A program made the translations under genes and the position numbers. A stretch of DNA of 64,000 nt from an uncultured Chloroflexia bacterium. Its GTDB lineage: Bacteria; Chloroflexota; Chloroflexia; Thermomicrobiales; UBA6265. Shown here in pieces: positions 57,740 through 64,000 of the stretch; position 1 is the first letter of the stretch; the number at the start of each line of letters is the position of its first letter. The notes under the pieces were generated by a model. The model saw only the letters and a program-made list of their open reading frames with translations. It was not told the DNA's origin and did no database searches. The stretch is taken from positions 128,001 through 192,000 of the forward strand of contig CAVRUC010000004.1 in NCBI GenBank assembly GCA_963724295.1, read 5' to 3'.

Positions 57740-58669
57740 ATGGCACTCAATCTGGAAGGACTGATCCCGGCGACAGTCTTGCCGATGACGTCCGAAGCCG
57801 AGATCGACGAGCCGCAGCTGCGGCGGTATATCCGCTGGGTAGCCGATCAAGGTCCGGTCGCTCTGGCCATCAACGCCGACACCGGCGAAGGACCACACCT
57901 GACGCATCGCGAAAAGGTGCGCGTCATCGAGATCGTCGCCGACGAACTGAATGGCAAGCTCCCGATCGTGGCCGGGCTGGGCGGACCCTTCACCCGCCAG
58001 GCCGTCGAGCAGGCGCGTGACTTCAAGGCTGCCGGCGCCGAGGCGTTCCTGGTCTTCCCCATCTCCGCCTACCTCAGCGCCCCCCTCAACCCCGAAGTCC
58101 CGGTTCGCTATCACCAGGCCATCGCGGAGGTCGGTCTGCCCCTGATTCTGTTTCAACTGCAGCCAGCGCTCGGGGGTGTCAACTTCGACCCGGAGACGCT
58201 GCGGGCCCTGGCCAGCATCGACGGCGTCGTTGCCATCAAGGAGGCGTCGTTTGACGCCCGCCGCTTCCTCGATCTGGTACGGGTGCTGGAAGAGCTGCCG
58301 CGCCCGATCACCCTCCTGACCGGCAACGACAACTTCATCTTTGAGTCGTTTGTGCTCGGCGCGCAGGGTGCGCTGATCGGCTTCGGCGCGATCATGACCC
58401 GCGAGCAAGTGCGGATGATCGAGGCCTGGCGCACCGGCAACATCGACGAGGCGAAGGAACTGGGGCGACGAGTGCAGCGATTGGCCGACGTCGTCTTCGC
58501 GGCGCCTGTCGGCGACTATCGGGCCCGAATGAAAGAGGCGCTGGCCATCCTCGGCGTCATCGATACCACCTATGTCCGCGAGCCGTTGCTGCCAATCTCA
58601 GACGAGCAGCGGGATCTGCTCCGTCACACCCTGGCTGAGGTCGGCCTACTGGAGATGGCGGCGGTTTGA
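57740..58669 (+). CDS. DapA/DHDPS-family class I aldolase-like protein
   Basis: PATVLPM, DTGE, AIKEAS (Schiff-base Lys), LLTGND. Confidence 0.88.
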   Translation: MALNLEGLIPATVLPMTSEAEIDEPQLRRYIRWVADQGPVALAINADTGEGPHLTHREKVRVIEIVADELNGKLPIVAGLGGPFTRQAVEQARDFKAAGAEAFLVFPISAYLSAPLNPEVPVRYHQAIAEVGLPLILFQLQPALGGVNFDPETLRALASIDGVVAIKEASFDARRFLDLVRVLEELPRPITLLTGNDNFIFESFVLGAQGALIGFGAIMTREQVRMIEAWRTGNIDEAKELGRRVQRLADVVFAAPVGDYRARMKEALAILGVIDTTYVREPLLPISDEQRDLLRHTLAEVGLLEMAAV

Positions 58670-58750
58670 TGATCTACACGGCGTGTCGGTCCAGGGCATG
58701 TCGTGGTCCAAGCCGCTGATCCAGCGGCATCCCCGGGTCAGCGGCGGTGG

Positions 58751-58774
58751 GTAGGGACGCGGCGTGCCGTGCCC
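58751..58774 (+). repeat. GTAG-type REP-like palindrome
   Basis: GTAGGGACGCGGCGTGCCGTGCCC. Confidence 0.45.
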
Positions 58775-58802
58775 GCGAAATCACCGAGATGGGCATTGCT
58801 CT

Positions 58803-59381
58803 ATGGCTTACGACTGGCGGAAAGAGGAATACGAGGTCACTCGCCCCGGCCACACCCGGATCGACTTCCGCCAGGAGATCGGTCGCGCCCACGTTCCGAT
58901 CGGCGTCGAGCGCGGATTTGCCGTGGTCGATCCGGACCGTGCTGAGGTGCTTCGCGCCTGGGTGAGCACGCTCATCCCGGCCAGGGGTGAGCGGCCCGCC
59001 GCCGGCGACATCGGTGCCGCGGAGTACGTCGACGCCACGGTCTTCCTCACGCCCCGTCTCCGCGGCGTGCTCCTGCACGCGATCGACACCGTCGACCAGC
59101 TTGCACAGGAACAGGCGGGCTGCCGCTTCGCCGAGGCCACCCCACCGCAGCAGACAGACGTGCTGCGCACGTTCGAGGCCAACGATCCGCTCGACGCCTT
59201 CCCGATGGTGCGGGATCTCACCTACGAGGCCTACTACGCTCACCCACGCGTCCTCGACGTGCTCGAGCGGGAGACGGGCTGGCGGTATGAGGTCGCGATC
59301 TCCGGCAGCGAGATGGAGCCGTTCGATGACAGCTTGCTGGCGCGGATGCGGACTGTGCCGCCGCGCTGGCGCAATACATAG
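58803..59381 (+). CDS. Gluconate 2-dehydrogenase subunit 3-like protein
   Basis: LIP..PAAGDIGAAEYVD, FAEA....Q..VL, YEAYYAHP; upstream of a GMC gene. Confidence 0.75.
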   Translation: MAYDWRKEEYEVTRPGHTRIDFRQEIGRAHVPIGVERGFAVVDPDRAEVLRAWVSTLIPARGERPAAGDIGAAEYVDATVFLTPRLRGVLLHAIDTVDQLAQEQAGCRFAEATPPQQTDVLRTFEANDPLDAFPMVRDLTYEAYYAHPRVLDVLERETGWRYEVAISGSEMEPFDDSLLARMRTVPPRWRNT

Positions 59382-59398
59382 ACGCATTGGAGCGGACG

Positions 59399-61003
59399 AT
59401 GGGCCACGACGACGAGCGTGATGTCCTCATCATCGGCGCCGGGGCAGCTGGCGGGGCGATGGCCTGGAGTCTGGCCCGGCGTAAGGTCGACGTGGTCTGC
59501 CTGGAGCAAGGCGACTGGGTTCCATCCTCGCTCCGTCCCAAGAACCACCTCGATTGGGAGGTCCGCCACCGTCGCTCATGGTCGCCGAGCCCCAACATCC
59601 GCCAGTGGCCGTCCGACTACCCCGTCGCCAGCTACGGCGATGATCCGATTAGCGTCTTCATTTACAACGCCGTGGGCGGCAGCACGATCGGCTACGCCGG
59701 CAACTTCTGGCGTTTGACGCCGTCCGATTTCCGGGTACGCAGCCTGGATGGCGTTGCGGTCGACTGGCCGATCGGCTACGACGACCTGGCGCCGTACTAC
59801 ACCATCAACGAACGCGAGATGGGAGTGGCAGGGCTGGCCGGTGATCCCTGGAGCCCGCCCCGGGAGCCGTTGCCGCTGCCGCCCGCGCCGCTGGGGCCGC
59901 ACGGCCGGTTGATGATCGAAGGATGCGAGAAGCTGGGCTGGGACTGGTGGCCGACCGAGCAGGCGATCACGACGATCCCCTACGATGGTCGCCCGGCCTG
60001 CGATTTCAAAGGCTACTGCCCCTTCGGCTGTCCGCAAGGTGCGCTGGCGACGGTCGATGTCACCTATTGGCGCAAGGCGCTGCGCTCTGCCCGCAATGGT
60101 GTCGATCTGCGCACCAACGCCCGCGTGCGGGAGATCACCCTCCACCCGGACGGCCGGGCCAAAGGAGCGCTGTACTACGATGCCGAGGGCCGGCTGCGGG
60201 AGGTACGGGCCAAGGTGGTGGTTTTCGCCGCCGGTGGTCTCGGTACGCCGCGGATCCTGCTGCAATCGACGTCGTCGCGGCACCCCGATGGTCTGGCCAA
60301 CTCGAGCGGGCTGGTCGGCAAGAATCTCATGGTCCACGTGCAGACCTTCGTCATCGGCCGCTTCGAGCAGCCGGTTCAGGCCTGGCAGGGCACCTGGGGA
60401 GGGGCTGTCTCCTCCCGTCAGTTCTACGAGACTGACCCGGCCAACGACTACCTGCGCGGGTTCGTGATGAGCATTAATCCGGGCTGGTCGCCGCTCAACC
60501 TGGCGCTGCAATTGGCACCCTGGGGATCGGACCACCACGCTGTCATGGATACGCATCTCAACCACGAGGTGGCCCTCTTCTGCTGCGGCGAGGATCTTCC
60601 CGAGGAGAGCAACCGGGTCGAACTCGACTGGGACAACCTGGACGCCTTTGGTCTGCCGGGGGTGAAGACGTTCTACAGCTTCGACGAGAACAGCAAGCGA
60701 CTGGGAGCCGCCATGATCGCGAAGGGCACGGAACTCATGGAGGCTTCGGGCGCGACCGGCGTGCGGGACTTCGGCATCTCACCCGCGCTAGGCTGGCACC
60801 TGATGGGTGCGGCCAGGATGGGAACGGATGCGGCCAGCTCCGTGGTCGACGCCGACAACCGGGCCCATGATGTACCCAACCTCTACATCGCCGACAGCAC
60901 CAGCCTCCCCACAGGAGGTGGGGTCAATCCCACGTCGACGATCCAGGCGGTCGCATTGCGCTGTGCAGAGGGGATTTGGGAGCGGCGACGCGAGCCAAGC
61001 TAG
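59399..61003 (+). CDS. GMC family FAD oxidoreductase
   Basis: IIGAGAAGG, AVGGST, CDFKGYCPFGC cluster motif, GLVGKNLMVH, HLMGAARMG, NPTST. Confidence 0.93.
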   Translation: MGHDDERDVLIIGAGAAGGAMAWSLARRKVDVVCLEQGDWVPSSLRPKNHLDWEVRHRRSWSPSPNIRQWPSDYPVASYGDDPISVFIYNAVGGSTIGYAGNFWRLTPSDFRVRSLDGVAVDWPIGYDDLAPYYTINEREMGVAGLAGDPWSPPREPLPLPPAPLGPHGRLMIEGCEKLGWDWWPTEQAITTIPYDGRPACDFKGYCPFGCPQGALATVDVTYWRKALRSARNGVDLRTNARVREITLHPDGRAKGALYYDAEGRLREVRAKVVVFAAGGLGTPRILLQSTSSRHPDGLANSSGLVGKNLMVHVQTFVIGRFEQPVQAWQGTWGGAVSSRQFYETDPANDYLRGFVMSINPGWSPLNLALQLAPWGSDHHAVMDTHLNHEVALFCCGEDLPEESNRVELDWDNLDAFGLPGVKTFYSFDENSKRLGAAMIAKGTELMEASGATGVRDFGISPALGWHLMGAARMGTDAASSVVDADNRAHDVPNLYIADSTSLPTGGGVNPTSTIQAVALRCAEGIWERRREPS

Positions 61004-61290
61004 ACCCTCACCCCATCTTTGGTTACGCTGAGCGAGGGACCGGTGACGCGACCACGCTCCAGACGCTTCGAGCGCTGAGAGCGCGCTCCAGGCGTTGGTT
61101 CGAAGTCGTCAATGACCCGGCTGACGACCGCAGCAAACTGGGCGACCATACGACGGCAGGCCGTGCCCAGTCCTGTGCGCTTTCGTCTCACATGAGCCGG
61201 TGTCGTACTCCAGTCCTTCGCTACCTCGCGCAGCAAGGCTTGCCGACGGAGATCGGCAGCGGCGTGAACAAAAGTGGGATGATGGGCCAT
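61000..61290 (-). CDS. Small hypothetical protein (96 aa) with ADLRRQALLREV motif
   Basis: GGAGGA RBS before ATG 61290; divergent from a STAND regulator. Confidence 0.6.
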   Translation of the reverse strand: MAHHPTFVHAAADLRRQALLREVAKDWSTTPAHVRRKRTGLGTACRRMVAQFAAVVSRVIDDFEPTPGARSQRSKRLERGRVTGPSLSVTKDGVRV

Positions 61291-61380
61291 AGTTTCCTCC
61301 CGCGCGCGTAGCTTCTCTGCTCTGCTATCACTCTCGTTCCGGTTCGCATCACCCACCACGAGCACTCCACACACCAGCCC

Positions 61381-61399
61381 ACCGTCTTGCCAAGACGGT
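61381..61399. promoter_or_regulatory. Perfect 9-bp inverted repeat ACCGTCTTG-C-CAAGACGGT; candidate operator
   Basis: Lies in a divergent intergenic region; arms also resemble the GCCGTCT heptamer repeat. Confidence 0.4.
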
Positions 61400-61491
61400 C
61401 AGTTGCGTGGGTCAGTACCCGGGATTAGACTCCTGGCATCTCCGCGATTGTGTTGCCATGAATCGACCGCGGATCAGAACGCGGGGTCGCT

Positions 61492-63963
61492 ATGACATCC
61501 GAGACATCCTTCCAAGCGCCGACCTTCGGGGATCTCCTTCGCCAGCATCGACGCGCCTGCGACCTCACTCAGGAGGCACTTGCCGAACGTGCCGGCATCA
61601 GCGTGCGAGCCATCAGTGATCTGGAGCGCGGCGCCCGGACGCACCCGTACCGAGAGACGGCAAACCTGCTTGCTGATGCCCTGAAGCTCACCGGGAGAGA
61701 ACGGGCGGCACTACTGGGGTCAGCACGTCGTGTCCTGCCTGATGGACCGACTACACACGGTTCCCCTGACGTGCACCTCCCCCGTCCACTTACTGCGCTG
61801 ATTGGCCGTGACGAGGAACTGAGCGAGATCGAGCGATTGCTACGCGATGATCGCCTTCGATTGATCACGCTGACAGGTCCTGCTGGCGTGGGGAAAACCC
61901 GCCTCGCCATGGCAGCGGCAGTCTGTTTAGGTAAGGACTTCGTCGACGGTGTCGCCTTTGTCGATCTGGCGCCGCTCCAGGATCCTTCGCAGATCGTGCC
62001 TGCAATCGCCACCGCACTCGGGCTGCACGACCGGGGTGCTATTCCACCGCTGGAATCTCTGCGTCGTGTGCTGCGCACTCGCCAGGTGCTGTTGATACTG
62101 GACAACTTCGAACACCTGGTCGCCGCCGCGCCGATCTTGAGTGAACTCTTGGAGGTTGGTTCAGGCGTTCAAGCTTTGGTCACTAGTCGCGCGATCTTGC
62201 GAATCCGAGGCGAACGGGAGTACCCGCTCCTTCCACTGCGCACCCCCGATCCTGGCGTGATCCTGTCGCTTCAAGAACTCGCCGGCTGGGAGGCTATCCG
62301 GCTCTTCGTGGAACGGGCGCGTGACGCGCAACGCAGTTTCCAGCTCACCGACCAGAATGCGGCGGACGTGGTAGCGATCTGCCGTCGCCTTGATGGACTA
62401 CCCCTCGCTATCGAGCTGGCGGCAGCACGGGTCAAGATCCTGCCACCTGCCACGCTCATGGCTCGGCTCGACCGACGCCTGCCGCTTCTTACTACCGGCC
62501 CACGCGACGCCCCGCCGCGACAGCGCACCTTGCAGGCCGCCATCGCCTGGAGCTACGACCTGCTGCAACCCACCGAGCAGGAGCTACTTCGATGCTTGGC
62601 CGTCTTCGCGGGCGGATGGACACTGCACGCGGCGGAGATGGTTGGCTTCCTTAGAGGCGTGCCCGATGTTCTGGATGCGCTCGCCGCGTTGGTCGAGCAG
62701 AGTCTTGTCGCCAGAGACGACGGCGGTTTCGCTCCCCGCTACCACATGCTCGAGACCATCCGTGAGTTCGCCCATGAGCAGTTGCTTGCCGCTGGGGAGG
62801 AGGAGCGCGCCCGCCGCGCCCACCTGCAATACCTCCTCCAGTTGGCATGTGAGAACGACCTGGAGCGGCTCGATGCCGACGTGGGAGCTCGGCTGGCTCG
62901 CCTCAAGGCCGAGGAGGCAAACCTGCTCACTGGCATTGATTGGGCCATTGACCATGATCCGGAGTTTGCTCTGGAAGTGCTGGCCGAACTCGACTGGTTC
63001 TGGTTCCTTACCGATCAGTCCGGAGTGGGGCGCGCCCTGCATGAGCGGGTGCTCGCGACGGAAATTGGCGAGGATCGCCACGCGCGGTCTCGTGTTCTGC
63101 AACAGGCGGCCTGGCTCGCCAGCGTGGTTGGAGACTTCGCGGCATTGGGTCCACTCGCCGATGCCGCGCGGGCATTCGCCGAGCCCCTCGGCGATGCGCG
63201 CACGCTGGCCTACGCGCGAATGCATCAGGGCGACATCGCGATGAGCCAGGGTGACGCCGTCCGGGCCAAACCGCTGCTCGAAGACGCGCTGGTTCTGTTC
63301 GAAACCCTCGAGGACTCCTGGGGAACGATTGTGTGCCTGACCGCGCTCGGGATCGCGGCACAGGACCGGGGCGATCCGGAAGCGGCGGCCGCCTACTTCG
63401 AGCGCGTTGGCTTCATTTCCGCCGAGCGCCGGTTACCGGCTCACTACCAGGCCCATCACCTTGCCAACCTGGCTGTCGCGTATCGTCAGCTTGGGCGGCA
63501 CGAGGAGGCCTTCGAAGCCACCATCGAAGCCTTGCGGCTTGCCAGGCAGTCCGGCAGCCTCTCTACTGGCGCCGTCGCGCAAGCTGACCTCGCCAGGCTG
63601 CTTCTTGATCGCGGGGACGTCGCGCAGGCGGCACCACTCGTCGCGGAAAGTCTCCTCGTCTTGTCGGAGATCGGGAGCAACTGGGACATTACCCCGGTGT
63701 TGGAGCTTGGCGCGGCTGTGATGTCGGCAGGAGGCCGGTTCGAGGCAGCGGTGCGGCTCTTTGCAGCCGCGGCTGGTTTGCGGGACGCGATGCCCTACCC
63801 GATTGGTGCCGGCGAGCGCGCAACATACGAGCGCTGGCTGGCCGAGGTCAGTGATGCGCTTGAGGAGCCAGCATTCACGCGGACCTGGACTGTTGGTGAA
63901 GCCCAATCCCTGGCAGAAGCTATCGCCGAGGCGCGGGTAGAACTGGCGGCAATGGTTCACTAA
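61492..63963 (+). CDS. STAND-type regulator: XRE HTH + NB-ARC + TPR (no LuxR domain)
   Basis: [48 protein letters not shown]; TPRs. Confidence 0.93.
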   Translation: MTSETSFQAPTFGDLLRQHRRACDLTQEALAERAGISVRAISDLERGARTHPYRETANLLADALKLTGRERAALLGSARRVLPDGPTTHGSPDVHLPRPLTALIGRDEELSEIERLLRDDRLRLITLTGPAGVGKTRLAMAAAVCLGKDFVDGVAFVDLAPLQDPSQIVPAIATALGLHDRGAIPPLESLRRVLRTRQVLLILDNFEHLVAAAPILSELLEVGSGVQALVTSRAILRIRGEREYPLLPLRTPDPGVILSLQELAGWEAIRLFVERARDAQRSFQLTDQNAADVVAICRRLDGLPLAIELAAARVKILPPATLMARLDRRLPLLTTGPRDAPPRQRTLQAAIAWSYDLLQPTEQELLRCLAVFAGGWTLHAAEMVGFLRGVPDVLDALAALVEQSLVARDDGGFAPRYHMLETIREFAHEQLLAAGEEERARRAHLQYLLQLACENDLERLDADVGARLARLKAEEANLLTGIDWAIDHDPEFALEVLAELDWFWFLTDQSGVGRALHERVLATEIGEDRHARSRVLQQAAWLASVVGDFAALGPLADAARAFAEPLGDARTLAYARMHQGDIAMSQGDAVRAKPLLEDALVLFETLEDSWGTIVCLTALGIAAQDRGDPEAAAAYFERVGFISAERRLPAHYQAHHLANLAVAYRQLGRHEEAFEATIEALRLARQSGSLSTGAVAQADLARLLLDRGDVAQAAPLVAESLLVLSEIGSNWDITPVLELGAAVMSAGGRFEAAVRLFAAAAGLRDAMPYPIGAGERATYERWLAEVSDALEEPAFTRTWTVGEAQSLAEAIAEARVELAAMVH

Positions 63964-64000
63964 AGGTCGCGGATGAAACCGGAGTGGGGCAGTCACCACG

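Overview
GC-rich bacterial DNA. The MDxxRFD-leader Cys-rich proteins, expanded STAND regulators and intergenic heptamer repeats suggest Chloroflexota (Thermomicrobiales-like); this is an inference. I found no rRNA, tRNA, CRISPR array, integrase or transposase. The main feature is a ~32 kb, mostly minus-strand catabolic region (4.9-37.1 kb). It holds a CUT1 sugar ABC importer, three nucleoside hydrolases, four PfkB kinases, an ADP-ribosylglycohydrolase, a non-canonical TrpF-like barrel, a SIS deglycase/isomerase, BtpA/SgcQ, YjbQ, a phosphotriesterase, an M20 hydrolase, a fused double SDR, a divergent arginase-fold protein, an enamidase/isochorismatase module and an FRG-domain protein. It is flanked by gene debris, including a comM fragment. 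I know of no described pathway with this gene set; the best hypothesis is salvage of N-ribosylated, ADP-ribosylated or glycated metabolites. The rest of the window holds three STAND (NB-ARC+TPR) regulators, each beside a small ORF and candidate operator motifs, an SMR-like plus Orn/Lys/Arg decarboxylase unit, a copB-csoR/copA-copZ copper locus with operators, two Tat-like Cys-rich repeat proteins, TetR/SRPBCC, Hsp20, an HxlR-linked ACAD/flavin reductase pair and a DapA-like/GMC oxidoreductase unit. Six apparent +1 frameshifts in three genes probably reflect sequencing error.
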